Assembly: GCA_035632695.1 (NCBI GenBank)
Contig: DASQGG010000019.1
Span: 3,701 to 67,700, forward strand
From: Thermoplasmata archaeon
GTDB lineage: Archaea; Thermoplasmatota; Thermoplasmata; RBG-16-68-12
Reading direction: 5' to 3'
DNA: 64,000 nucleotides
Translations under genes and position numbers: made by a program
The notes under the pieces: generated by a model
Told to the model about the DNA's origin: nothing
Seen by the model: the letters and a program-made list of their open reading frames with translations, nothing else
The model's database searches: none
Part shown: piece after piece, positions 1 to 8,836 of the stretch
Layout: each line of letters opens with the position of its first letter
Position numbering within the stretch: position 1 is the stretch's first letter

Positions 1-448
1 TCGAACAGGTTCCCGTCGTAGTCGAGCGCGTGGATGTCGATGAACAGGACCCAGACCTTCTCCTTCGGCTTGATGCACAGCTTCTCGACGTTCACCATCT
101 TGGACTCGCGGATGCCGCGGTCGATGACTCGTGCGATCTCGATCGCTTCGGGCTTGGGCGGTCCGGCCTCGAACGTGGGGCTCGCCATGGGAACAAGCTC
201 GAGGCTCGTCGACAGGACGCCGGTATCCGGGGTGTCCGGATACGGCTCGCCCGTGGACATCTTGATCCCCACGAGGACGTCTGTGTTGCCGAGCCTCGCC
301 CGGGCGCTGCCCTCCGCCGTCCCGACGTACTTCCGATCGATCGTGAGTTTCCGCGGATCCTCGATGCCCCGACCGTCCATGCGCTCCCCGCGCTGCGCGA
401 GCCGGTAAATATGGGCCCGCATGAGGTCCGAGACGATTTCCTCGCTCA
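1..448 (-). CDS. rrp42: Exosome complex component Rrp42 (RNase PH-like), truncated at the window edge. The N-terminal 149 aa are present; the start ATG at 446-448 overlaps the rrp41 stop (ATGA).
   Basis: Manual translation of the minus strand gives [65 protein letters not shown]...VLFIDIHALDYDGNLF, an RNase PH fold. It follows rrp4-rrp41 as in the archaeal exosome operon. It is absent from the ORF track because it runs off the window. Confidence 0.8.
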
Positions 449-1330
449 TCAGATCCCCTCCGGGCCGAAGTCCTCGTCGCGGAGCTCCTTGTCCATGTCC
501 GGCGAGGCTCCCGGTTCCTCGGGGGGCGGTGGGTAGTCGCGGGGTTCCTCCGGAGGCGCTGCAGGGGCCGGCGGACTCTCCTTCAGGATTTCCTCGAGGG
601 TGACGCTGTACCGACGCCGCAGGGCGTCGCGCTGGAGCTCGAACAGCTTCTCCGCCGCGCCGAGGGACAGCTCCATGGCCTTCTGGAACTCGTCGAACGT
701 GAGGTGGCCGTCCATCTGGAGCAGGACAATCTCCCCCGTGCTGCGGACGACGGCCATGGGGCAGTCCGCGTCGCCGAAGTTGTCCTCCTCCTTGTTCAGG
801 TCCAAACACACGACGCCGCCGATCTTGCCGGACGCACATGCGGCGACGAGGTCCCGCATGGGGACGCCGGCATCCGCCAGGGCGACGGATGCCGCCGTGA
901 GCCCGGCGCATCGCGTGCCCGCGTCGGCCTGCAGGACTTCGATGAAGATGTCCACGGACGTCCGCGGGAACTGCTCCTTGAACACCACGGAGGAGAAGGC
1001 CTCCGAGATCACCTTGGAAATCTCCACGGACCGGCGGTCGGGCCCGGGCCGCTTCCGGTCCGAGACGCTGAAAGGCGCCATGTTGTATCGGCATTGAACG
1101 AGGGCCCGGGCGGGGTCCTGGATGTGCCGCGGATGGGCCTCCCGTGGACCGTAGACCGCGGCGAGGACCTTGTTGCCGCCCCACTCGATGTACGCGGACC
1201 CGTCCGCGCGCTTGAGCACGCCCGCCTCGATGCGGACGGGGCGGAGCTCGTTGAACTTCCGGCCGTCGAGCCGGATCCCTTTCTCGTCGATCAACTTCAT
1301 TTCCTTCTCGATGTGCTCTACGTCTTCCAT
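449..1330 (-). CDS. rrp41: Exosome complex exonuclease Rrp41 (RNase PH domain) with an acidic, Pro-rich C-terminal tail.
   Basis: The 293 aa ORF translation has an RNase PH-like core ([42 protein letters not shown]). It sits between rrp4 and rrp42, and it is separated from rrp4 by 14 bp. Confidence 0.9.
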   Translation of the reverse strand: MEDVEHIEKEMKLIDEKGIRLDGRKFNELRPVRIEAGVLKRADGSAYIEWGGNKVLAAVYGPREAHPRHIQDPARALVQCRYNMAPFSVSDRKRPGPDRRSVEISKVISEAFSSVVFKEQFPRTSVDIFIEVLQADAGTRCAGLTAASVALADAGVPMRDLVAACASGKIGGVVCLDLNKEEDNFGDADCPMAVVRSTGEIVLLQMDGHLTFDEFQKAMELSLGAAEKLFELQRDALRRRYSVTLEEILKESPPAPAAPPEEPRDYPPPPEEPGASPDMDKELRDEDFGPEGI

Positions 1331-1343
1331 GGCATGCCTCCCC

Positions 1344-2039
1344 TTACGGGGACCGACCCGTCTTCCGGGTTTCGCGTTCCAGCAGGTCCCGAACGGCCTC
1401 CGTCAGGCCGAACGCTTGGGCCCGCTCCTCGATGAACCGGATCGCGAGGGCCGCCGTGGCGGCCGCGTCCTCGGGTCCGTCGATCCAAATCCGACCGTTC
1501 TGGCCCACGTAGATCCGGGTGCGCGTGAGGTCCTTGATCAGGGAGACCATGCTGCCCTGCTTCCCGATCACCCGGGGGACCTTCGTGGGGGCGATCTCGA
1601 TGAGCATCCCGCCGCTCAGCTTCCGCGCGTCCCGGTCCTGCATCGTGAGCTGGATCCGCTTGATTTCGTCCACGCTCAGGACGAAGGCGAGGATCGCATC
1701 ACCCACCTTCATGTAGCGGGCCGTGTCGCCGAACTCGACCCGCCAGGGCGACTCCGTGGCATGAAGTGGGGCCGGATACGGTGCGTTGATGTCCACGAGC
1801 CAGTGCGAAGGACCGAAGTCGATGACCTCGCCCACGACGGCGTCGCCGCGTTGGGGCAGGTAGCGGCCGTTCAGCGGGATAACGGTCACATGCCCCTCGC
1901 GCTCGGACCGAATCCCCAGCTGGGAGGCCAGAATCTGGCCTCCCGACTTGAACGTCCCGGGACCCGGTTTCAGCCCAGGTCCACCGACGACCTCGCCAGG
2001 AATGACAATCTGGCGAAGCGCCGCCCCGCTGCCTTCCAT
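1344..2039 (-). CDS. rrp4: Exosome complex RNA-binding protein Rrp4 (S1 + KH domains).
   Basis: The 231 aa product has an S1-like N-terminal region and a KH motif ([30 protein letters not shown]). It lies in the conserved position upstream of rrp41. Confidence 0.85.
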   Translation of the reverse strand: MEGSGAALRQIVIPGEVVGGPGLKPGPGTFKSGGQILASQLGIRSEREGHVTVIPLNGRYLPQRGDAVVGEVIDFGPSHWLVDINAPYPAPLHATESPWRVEFGDTARYMKVGDAILAFVLSVDEIKRIQLTMQDRDARKLSGGMLIEIAPTKVPRVIGKQGSMVSLIKDLTRTRIYVGQNGRIWIDGPEDAAATAALAIRFIEERAQAFGLTEAVRDLLERETRKTGRSP

Positions 2040-2162
2040 TGAATACTCTCTCTCACGCAGGGGCGTCGAAACGGAGGCGGCTACTTGAGCCTTTGCCTTG
2101 CCAGGAGCCTCGTGTACCGCACTGCTTCCCCGCCCAGACGGCGCGGGACGGAGCTGCGCCGT

Positions 2163-2423
2163 TCAGGGGCTCGACGCCGCCCGTCCGCCTCGCCGAACCA
2201 GGAGAATCCCGGTCACAAGAACGGCGAGGCCGGCAGGGAGAACCGCCGCGTAGTACCATGGGGGCGGTTCCGCGATAATCTGATAGCACGTGTTCCCGGA
2301 GCAGAATGCGTTACCGCCAGTCCGCCAGAAGAGGTAGACCCAGAAGTCCAAAGCCCCGATCCCGGTGAGGACCGCTCCGACGACAACGGACGCGATGCCC
2401 AGGGTACGAACGGGATTCGGCAT
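2163..2423 (-). CDS. Hypothetical small membrane protein (two predicted TM helices) inserted between the SBDS gene and rrp4.
   Basis: The 86 aa ORF has two hydrophobic segments (LGIASVVVGAVLTGIGAL and YYAAVLPAGLAVLVTGILLV). Codon third positions are GC-rich. I recognise no similarity to any known family. Confidence 0.3.
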   Translation of the reverse strand: MPNPVRTLGIASVVVGAVLTGIGALDFWVYLFWRTGGNAFCSGNTCYQIIAEPPPWYYAAVLPAGLAVLVTGILLVRRGGRAASSP

Positions 2424-2501
2424 GCGGCAACCTCCTAGCCATCCCCAGCGACTCCCAAGGCTTGAAGGCTGCCGGTCCGTGCTGGTTGTTCGCGGGGAGC
2501 G

Positions 2502-3242
2502 TCAGATCCTCTGGTCCGCCTTCAGGACCTTGATCTCCGCGTTGCCCTTCGTCTTCGCGTTGATCCGGTCGAAGAAGTCCGTCTGCATCCCCGCGGGCAT
2601 CTCCACGACGCCAATCCAGGCGCCCGTGGGCGACCACTCTTCCTTCAGGATCGTGCCGAACGACTTGAGGTCGCCGTAGCACTTCGCGCTGTCCTCCGCA
2701 CTCAGGCGCACCGCGATGCGCGCCTTCTCGAACCGAATCGGAATCAGAGGCCGCAGGGAATCCAGCACCTCCTTGACCTGCTCCTCGACGCCCTTGAACG
2801 GGTCGATGTGGACCTTGGCCTCCTCCATGGCGATCTCGATGCGCTGCGGCGGATGCGGCGTGTTCGTCTGCGGGTTGATCGCGTTCTGGGCGATGTACTG
2901 GACGATCTGCTTCCGCTTCTGCTCGAGCATCTGGCGGCGCTGGTCCGTGGTCAGCTGGATCTCGCCGTGGCGGATGATGTTCTTCGCTACCTTGAGCGGT
3001 TCCGTGGTGCCGAAGAACTCCTGCATCTTCTCCTCGGAGGCCTTGGAACCCTTGTGGGCATCCTTGAAGATCTCGTCGATCGCGAGCTCGGCCATCAGGT
3101 CGATGTCCTTGCCGTCCCGGAGGCGTTGCACGGCGTCGGGCTTGACCAGAACCTCGAACTTCTCGCCCGACTTCTCGATTCGGGCGATGACGTATTCCTT
3201 GAAGATGTCGTCGCGGCGGTCCGAGCGAAGCTCCTTGGGCAT
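2502..3242 (-). CDS. Ribosome maturation protein SBDS/Sdo1 homologue.
   Basis: The 246 aa product ([38 protein letters not shown]...) shows FYSH-domain architecture. It sits in the conserved position between psmA and rrp4 of the archaeal exosome superoperon. Confidence 0.85.
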   Translation of the reverse strand: MPKELRSDRRDDIFKEYVIARIEKSGEKFEVLVKPDAVQRLRDGKDIDLMAELAIDEIFKDAHKGSKASEEKMQEFFGTTEPLKVAKNIIRHGEIQLTTDQRRQMLEQKRKQIVQYIAQNAINPQTNTPHPPQRIEIAMEEAKVHIDPFKGVEEQVKEVLDSLRPLIPIRFEKARIAVRLSAEDSAKCYGDLKSFGTILKEEWSPTGAWIGVVEMPAGMQTDFFDRINAKTKGNAEIKVLKADQRI

Positions 3243-3250
3243 GGCCTCGC

Positions 3251-3976
3251 CTAGGCGGCGGCCGGCAACTTGGCGAGGTACGCGGCGACTTCCTGCTCAC
3301 TCAGCCGGCGGAACTTCTGGCCCTCGGCGACTAGCCCGACCTCGATCGTCTTACCGTCGAGCTTTTCCCCCTCGGACGCCTTCTGAAGGGCCTCGAGGCC
3401 CAAGAGGATCGCCTCGTCCTGCGCCATGCCTTCCTTGTACTTCTCCTCGAAGAGCTCCATGACGGCGTTGCGGCCCGCACCGATGGACCCCGCCTTGTAG
3501 GACACGAGCGCCCCGCTGGGGTCCGTCTCGAACAGGTGCGTTCCCATGTCATCCACCCCGGCCACCAGGAGCGCGGTCCCGAAGGGCCGGACACCGCCGT
3601 ACTGCGTGTAGTTCTGCTTGTAGTCGCAGATCTTCTTGACGAGGAGGTCCACGCCGATCTTCTCGCTGTAGGTGACCTTGTTGATCTGGGCTGCCAGCCG
3701 GGCGTAGTCGATCAAGACGCGGGCGTCGGCCACGAGCCCCGAGGTCGCCGCACCGATGTGCTCGTCGATCTGGAAGATCTTCTCGATGGACGAGGTCTCG
3801 ACCAACCGGGAGCCGATCTTCTTGTCGGCCATGAGGACGATCCCGTTCTTGAACTTCAGTCCCGCCGTCGTGTTGCCTCGCGTGACCGCCACGCGGGCGT
3901 ACTCGACCTGGAAGAGCCGCCCGTCGGGGCTGAAGACCGTAATCGCCCTGTCGTATGCCATCTGGCCCGGTTGCAT
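3251..3976 (-). CDS. psmA: Proteasome subunit alpha.
   Basis: The 241 aa product carries the proteasome alpha N-terminal signature [20 protein letters not shown] and a GxxxxG core. A TATA-like GCTTATAAGTG lies on the minus strand about 35 bp upstream. Confidence 0.92.
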   Translation of the reverse strand: MQPGQMAYDRAITVFSPDGRLFQVEYARVAVTRGNTTAGLKFKNGIVLMADKKIGSRLVETSSIEKIFQIDEHIGAATSGLVADARVLIDYARLAAQINKVTYSEKIGVDLLVKKICDYKQNYTQYGGVRPFGTALLVAGVDDMGTHLFETDPSGALVSYKAGSIGAGRNAVMELFEEKYKEGMAQDEAILLGLEALQKASEGEKLDGKTIEVGLVAEGQKFRRLSEQEVAAYLAKLPAAA

Positions 3977-4053
3977 AACGTCCCTCTTGCGGGGCCGACT
4001 ATGGTCCCGTCACTTATAAGCCTTCTTTCGAACGGCCCGGAGGCACGAGATCC

Positions 4054-4338
4054 TCAGGAGAGATACTTCTCCGTCGCACGCCGAATGGTCCCCGAGGTGC
4101 CCAGCGTGGTGACCCGCACGGGAATGCCCGCGATGGTGGCCATCGTCTTGAGCGCCTCGATCGTGGCGTCCTTCCGCAGGTGGGTGCACCGCACGAGGCC
4201 CTTCGGGTCCTGGAACCCCACGAGCCACAAGGGATCCCTCAGCGCGTGCAAGGCGTCGAGCACCTCGTCGCGGCGGAAGGGGCGATCCCCTTCGACCCGG
4301 AACGCGATGTATCGGTACCTCGGGCGATGGGTGCTCAC
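4054..4338 (-). CDS. RNase P protein component 2 (Pop5/Rpp14-like), GTG start.
   Basis: The 94 aa product carries RYRYIAFRVEG, typical of Pop5. It lies in the conserved position upstream of psmA in archaea. Confidence 0.6.
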   Translation of the reverse strand: MSTHRPRYRYIAFRVEGDRPFRRDEVLDALHALRDPLWLVGFQDPKGLVRCTHLRKDATIEALKTMATIAGIPVRVTTLGTSGTIRRATEKYLS

Positions 4339-4345
4339 GCTGACC

Positions 4346-4395
4346 CGAGAGGAAAGGGAGAAGGAAAAAGGTTGGGGAGAAAAAAGTGGAGGAGG
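4346..4395 (-). terminator. Pyrimidine-rich tract with T6 and T5 runs (minus-strand sense) immediately after the ftsZ stop. It is a likely oligo-T terminator and also carries the pop5 promoter.
   Basis: The plus strand is almost pure purine (gagaggaaagggagaaggaaaaaggttggggagaaaaaagtggaggagg). On the coding strand that gives CCTCCTCCACTTTTTTCTCCCCAACCTTTTTCC. Oligo-T tracts are archaeal termination signals. Confidence 0.4.
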
Positions 4396-5541
4396 TCAGC
4401 GTACCTCATCGACGTCGGAAGAGGTGCCGAGGCGGACGGCCCCGGTGTTCACTTCCTTGCCGAGCAGAGACTTGGACTTGACTCCCGTGATCACGAGGAG
4501 CACCTGGACCGTATTCGCCAGATCGGGCTCCACGGAGCAGCCCCAGATGATCCGGGCCTGCGGGTTCACCTTCTGCCCGACGATCTCCGCGGCCTTCTCC
4601 GCTTCGGAGACGGTCAGGTCCGGGCCACCCACCACGCGGACGAGCACGCCGCGAGCGTGCGTCAGGTCCACCTCGCCGAGCAGCGGGGACTCGAGGGCCT
4701 CGTTGATCGCGTACTCCACGCGGTCCCGCTCCTCGTCGCTCTCGCCGATGCCGATCATCGCGACGCCGCCGCCCTTCATGATCGTCATGAGGTCGGCGTA
4801 GTCCAGGTTCACGAGCCCGGGCTTCGTGATGATCTCCGTCATGCCCTTGATGGACTGCATGAGAATCTCGTCGGCCACCTTGAACGCGGCGTTGATTGGG
4901 AGCCGCGGGACGAGTTCCAGGAGCTTGTCGTTGTAGATCACGATCGTCGTGTCGCAGAACTTGCGGAGCTTGTCCAGGCCCGCCTCCGCGTTCTCCATGC
5001 GGATTCGGCCCTCGGACTTGAAGGGCATCGTGACGACGCCCATGGTGAGCGAACCCTCTTCCTTGGCGACATGGGCCACGTACTGCGCCGCGCCGGTCCC
5101 GGTTCCGCCGCCCATGCCTGCGGTGATGAACACGACGTGCGCGCCGCGGATGAAGGTCCGGATCTCCTCCTCGTTCTCGTGGGCGGCCTGCTCGCCGACC
5201 TCGGGTAGGGCACCGGCACCGAGGCCCTTCGTGAGGCGCTTCCCGATGAGAATCTTCTTCGGCGCATGGACGGAGAGGAGGTGCTTCGCGTCCGTGTTGA
5301 TCGCGCAGAGCTGCGCACCGGTGATCCCGGCCTCGCTGCAGCGGTCGATCGTGTTCGAGCCGCCACCGCCGCAGCCCACGATCTTGATCGAGACGTTGAT
5401 CGACTCCACGATCTTCTCGATATCCGCGTCGTCCGCGGTCTTCGCGGCCTCCGGCTTCGCGGCGGCCGCGGCCTTCTCCTTCTCTTCCTGTTCCTGTGCC
5501 TCTTGGTGCCGAGCGAGGGCTTCGTTCAGAAGCGACTTCAT
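4396..5541 (-). CDS. ftsZ: Cell division GTPase FtsZ. The start is trimmed to [12 protein letters not shown]; the six-frame ORF runs on to 5718.
   Basis: The product has the tubulin/FtsZ signature GGGTGTG ([15 protein letters not shown]) and the nucleotide-binding loop GCGGGGSN. The longer ORF start would place the TATA box (TTTAAATA at 5595-5604) inside the gene. Confidence 0.92.
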   Translation of the reverse strand: MKSLLNEALARHQEAQEQEEKEKAAAAAKPEAAKTADDADIEKIVESINVSIKIVGCGGGGSNTIDRCSEAGITGAQLCAINTDAKHLLSVHAPKKILIGKRLTKGLGAGALPEVGEQAAHENEEEIRTFIRGAHVVFITAGMGGGTGTGAAQYVAHVAKEEGSLTMGVVTMPFKSEGRIRMENAEAGLDKLRKFCDTTIVIYNDKLLELVPRLPINAAFKVADEILMQSIKGMTEIITKPGLVNLDYADLMTIMKGGGVAMIGIGESDEERDRVEYAINEALESPLLGEVDLTHARGVLVRVVGGPDLTVSEAEKAAEIVGQKVNPQARIIWGCSVEPDLANTVQVLLVITGVKSKSLLGKEVNTGAVRLGTSSDVDEVR

Positions 5542-5594
5542 TGAACCATCCCATCCCGATGGATTCTGACTTTGTGGCGCATCGGGGTGAGGGT

Positions 5595-5604
5595 ATTTAA
5601 AAGT
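5595..5604 (-). promoter_or_regulatory. TATA box (TTTTAAATACC on the minus strand) for ftsZ, about 55 bp upstream of ATG 5541.
   Basis: An AT-rich TTTAAATA sits in a GC-rich intergenic region. A GGATGGGATGG SD-like element precedes the ATG. Confidence 0.45.
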
Positions 5605-5669
5605 AGTCATACATTTGTCGGACGCGGCCCGTTGACAAAGGAGGATGGCATCCGCGGGAGGGAGCGCAC

Positions 5670-6458
5670 TCAGAGGCTCGCGGCGACGCCCTTCGACGCC
5701 CCGCTCTGGATCACGCAACCCGTGTTCGTGATATCGAACGGGTACACGACGTCATCGTGGCTGGAGCCCTTGTACTTCTCGATCGAGATGAACCGCTTGA
5801 TCCCCGTGTCGTCGCGGAACTTGTGCAGCCGGATCTCGCCGCGCGCCAGGAAGGCCTCCGGAGGAACCTCGCCCTCCTCGGGGAGCTCGAGGGTCAAGAG
5901 CGACGTGACCTTGGACTCCGCCAGGAAGCGCATGAACGATTGCGTCGTGAGCGTCTCCTCGAACTCGCGCATGCAGAAGTACTTCAGCGCGGTGATCGAA
6001 TCGATCACGACGCGCTGGTATTGCCGCTTCAGGAAGAGGTTCTTGAGGAGCTGCTGCAGGGAGTGGACGGTGACCTCGCGGCTCTCGAAGTCGGGGGTCT
6101 TCCGGATGCGGTCGTCCAGGTCGCGCAGGCGGATGGGCTCCTCCTCCGTGGAGATCTCGAGGATGGGGGTGGGCTCGAACCTTCGGATGTCCGAGTTCGC
6201 ATCCAGGACCTCGAGGTCGTCCAGGTTCCAGCGGAACGGCCGCATGTTGAGCTTGAGCTCGTTCGGCGGCTCCTCGAGGGCCACGAAGAGGCAGCGTTCC
6301 CCGCCCTCGAGCCCTTCCCGGAGGAACTGCACGCTCATGATCGTCTTGCCCGCGCCGGGCGGACCCGAGAGGATGTAGGGACGTCCCGGGACGAGGCCGC
6401 CATGGAGCATCTTGTCCATGCCCGGCACCCCGGTACGGATCTTGGGCACGGCGCTCAT
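5670..6458 (-). CDS. KaiC-like / RecA-superfamily ATPase, single domain (COG0467-type).
   Basis: The 262 aa product has Walker A GPPGAGKT and Walker B RVVIDSITAL, with a KaiC/RadA-like layout. The start overlaps the stop of the upstream paralogue by 4 nt. Confidence 0.75.
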   Translation of the reverse strand: MSAVPKIRTGVPGMDKMLHGGLVPGRPYILSGPPGAGKTIMSVQFLREGLEGGERCLFVALEEPPNELKLNMRPFRWNLDDLEVLDANSDIRRFEPTPILEISTEEEPIRLRDLDDRIRKTPDFESREVTVHSLQQLLKNLFLKRQYQRVVIDSITALKYFCMREFEETLTTQSFMRFLAESKVTSLLTLELPEEGEVPPEAFLARGEIRLHKFRDDTGIKRFISIEKYKGSSHDDVVYPFDITNTGCVIQSGASKGVAASL

Positions 6459-7537
6459 GGGGTCACCCGCTTCGGCGGCGGAGGCACCGGCGTCGCGGGC
6501 GGCGGCGGGACGATGCCCAGGCGCTGCTCGAGCTCCGAGTTGCAGGCCAACGCCTGCTTCATCGCCTTCTGGTAGTTCTTGCGCTGGAAGTGGAGCATGG
6601 CGCGGGAGAGGGACACCTCAACGTCCCGCACGGGGATCTGCCGGCGCTGGGCCTCCTCGACCTTGCGGAGCGCGGCCTCGAAGACGTTCGAGATGTCGTC
6701 GATGATCCGCATCTCCAGGAGGGTTTCGCTGCCGTGGGTGCCCACGCCGTTTGTCATCGCGACCTGCTGGTCCGCATAGACCACAAGCCCGTCGCCCGTG
6801 ATGGCGAGGGGTCGGACGTGGTCATCGAAGCGGCTGCCGCGGAACTTCTCGATGGAGATGGCGCGCCGCACGGTCGTGCTGTCCACCCACTTGTGGAGAC
6901 GGATCTCGCCGCGCCCGAGGAAGAACTCCGTCTCGATGGCCTTTCGGTCGAGGTGCTCGGACACGATGAGCGTGGTCGCCTCGAGCTCGGAGAGAAACCG
7001 CATGAAGGATTGGATGAGGATGCGGCTGTCTTCGCCCTCCATGGAGAACATCTTGAGCGCGGTCATGGAGTCGACGACGATCCGCTTGTACCGCTCCTTG
7101 GTTCTCTCCAAGCGTCCGAAGAACTCCTGCTTGATCATCTTCTGGACACTGTGGACCGTGACCTCGAGCGCACGGATCTGGGACGATTGACGGATGTCTT
7201 GGACGTCCTCCATGTCCCGCACATCGAGCGCCGTGCCCACGTCGATCACGGACCGCTGGCGCTTGTGCGCGCGCACGTCCGGCGTGGCGTCCAAGATCTT
7301 GAGCCGATCGAGGTTCCAGCCGAACATGGTCATGTTGGACTTGACCTCGATGGGCGGTTCGTCCAGGGTGACGAGGAGGCAGGGCTCGTTGCGCTTGAGA
7401 CCGTCGAGGAGGAACTCGGTGGCCAGGATCGTCTTGCCGCTGCCCGTGGGTCCGGAGATGATGTACGGACGGGTCGGCAGCAAGCCGCCGGTCAGCATCG
7501 CGTCGAGGCCTTCGACGCCCGTCTTGACACGTTCCAT
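6455..7537 (-). CDS. KaiC-like / RecA-superfamily ATPase paralogue with an approximately 110 aa helical C-terminal extension. The start is set at MERVKTGVEGLD; an alternative ATG lies at 7582.
   Basis: The product has Walker A GPTGSGKT and Walker B RIVVDSMTAL. The N-terminus aligns with the downstream paralogue (MERVKTGVEGLDAML versus KIRTGVPGMDKML). The ATG at 7582 sits inside a TATA-like AACGTTTATGG. Confidence 0.75.
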   Translation of the reverse strand: MERVKTGVEGLDAMLTGGLLPTRPYIISGPTGSGKTILATEFLLDGLKRNEPCLLVTLDEPPIEVKSNMTMFGWNLDRLKILDATPDVRAHKRQRSVIDVGTALDVRDMEDVQDIRQSSQIRALEVTVHSVQKMIKQEFFGRLERTKERYKRIVVDSMTALKMFSMEGEDSRILIQSFMRFLSELEATTLIVSEHLDRKAIETEFFLGRGEIRLHKWVDSTTVRRAISIEKFRGSRFDDHVRPLAITGDGLVVYADQQVAMTNGVGTHGSETLLEMRIIDDISNVFEAALRKVEEAQRRQIPVRDVEVSLSRAMLHFQRKNYQKAMKQALACNSELEQRLGIVPPPPATPVPPPPKRVTP

Positions 7538-7850
7538 GGACTTCGGCCTGGAGACATTTCGCCCGACGAGGGGTGCTCCCATAAACGTTCCGATGTGAGA
7601 ATCAAGGATAGCGATGGTGGGCGAGGCCCACGGAGACCGGCTCGGGCTCCGAAAGGGGGCATAGCGGGGGATGGAATCTCAGGGACCGAGGCGGGTCCTC
7701 GGTGCCGTTTGAACCATCGATCTCCGGGTGTCTCACCGGGGACCCGGGAGTCCCGGGGTATGAGCCCGACGGGATATCCTGGCTACCCCACCCCGCTATC
7801 GCGGCTCGAGAGGATTGGCCCCTCGCGCTTAAACCTTACGCGGGCGGCCG

Positions 7851-8180
7851 TCAGAAGAACTTGCGGAATCGGAGGAGGTCATCGAGGCTGCCCTTGAACT
7901 TCAGCTTCCCCGTCGCGTAGGCCTTGAAGGGGCCGATTTCGCGGAGCAGGAGACCGCGGAGCGTTTCCTCGTCCGTCAGCAGGGCGATGTCCGCGCGGTC
8001 GACGCCTCCGTCCAGGATGCCCGCCACATGCCGGTCCTTCAGGGTGAAGTGCCACTTCGCCCCGTTGGACAGCTCGATGAGCACGGTCTTCTGGAGGTCC
8101 CCGACCTCCGCGCTCAACGCGGGGTCCGCGTCCACCTTCGCGTTGAACTTCGCGACCAGGTTCTCGAGCAGCTCCTTCAT
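7851..8180 (-). CDS. SCP2 (sterol carrier protein-2) domain protein. The start is trimmed to MKELLENLV and overlaps the rnhB stop by 4 nt.
   Basis: The product has an SCP2-like pattern (LSAEVGDLQKTVLIELSNGAKWHFTLKD...KAYATGKLKFKGSLDDL). Confidence 0.6.
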   Translation of the reverse strand: MKELLENLVAKFNAKVDADPALSAEVGDLQKTVLIELSNGAKWHFTLKDRHVAGILDGGVDRADIALLTDEETLRGLLLREIGPFKAYATGKLKFKGSLDDLLRFRKFF

Positions 8181-8833
8181 GCCTTGCCCCGCCCAAATTC
8201 CTCCAGCTTCCGGTTCTTCGCCTCCGCGAGGAGGCGGCGCGTGGTGTCCCACGTCAACCGAGTGTAGGGCGGCGGAGACCCCTTCGCCCTAATCCACCTT
8301 TCCAGGAATGCGATCGTCAGAGGGTCCGACGGGTAGCCGGAACCCACGGGCTCCCCGATCTCCGCCTCGATCTTGCGCATCTCCGCGTCCCTGCGGACCT
8401 TGGCAACGATGGAGGCCGCGCTCACGACGGGGAAGAGATCGTCCGCCTCGTGCTGGGAGACAACTTCGACCTCGAAAGGGAGCTGCTTCAGGATGGACCG
8501 CTTGAACTCGATCTCGTCCACGTCGACCGCGTCGACGTAGGCGGTCTCCGGGTGGAGTTTCTCGATCACCGAGGCGAAGAGATGGGCCTCGAAATCGTTG
8601 AGGGACATCTGCGCGCGCATCACGTCGATGTCCGAGGCAGGCACCACGACGACCTCGGACTTCGCGACCTTCTCGATCTCCGGCGCGAGGAGCTCGCGCC
8701 GTTCCGGGGAGAGCTTCTTCGAATCCCGCACGTTCAGATGACGGAGGGGTACGTCCGATTCGACCAGCACGCCGGCCACGACCAAGGGACCCAGCACGGG
8801 GCCTCGGCCTGCCTCATCCACCCCGCAGATCAC
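8177..8833 (-). CDS. rnhB: Ribonuclease HII.
   Basis: The 218 aa product has the N-terminal MICGVDEAGRGPVLGPLVVAGV motif (DEAGRG catalytic) and an RNase HII fold. Confidence 0.88.
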   Translation of the reverse strand: MICGVDEAGRGPVLGPLVVAGVLVESDVPLRHLNVRDSKKLSPERRELLAPEIEKVAKSEVVVVPASDIDVMRAQMSLNDFEAHLFASVIEKLHPETAYVDAVDVDEIEFKRSILKQLPFEVEVVSQHEADDLFPVVSAASIVAKVRRDAEMRKIEAEIGEPVGSGYPSDPLTIAFLERWIRAKGSPPPYTRLTWDTTRRLLAEAKNRKLEEFGRGKA

Positions 8834-8836
8834 GGA

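Noticed and set aside
2311-3300. 329-aa minus-strand ORF overlapping the SBDS and psmA region in another frame.
   Set aside because: It is an Arg-rich low-complexity product, and it overlaps two well-supported genes.
3536-4801. Long plus-strand ORF (421 aa) antisense to psmA, pop5 and ftsZ. Analogous long antisense ORFs occur at 6590-7897, 8450-10360, 17790-20411, 37342-40221, 44854-47067 and 55998-58622.
   Set aside because: Their products are Arg/Gly/Pro/Asp-rich and lack motifs. They run antisense to genes with strong family signatures. Long stop-free antisense frames are expected in DNA of about 67% GC.
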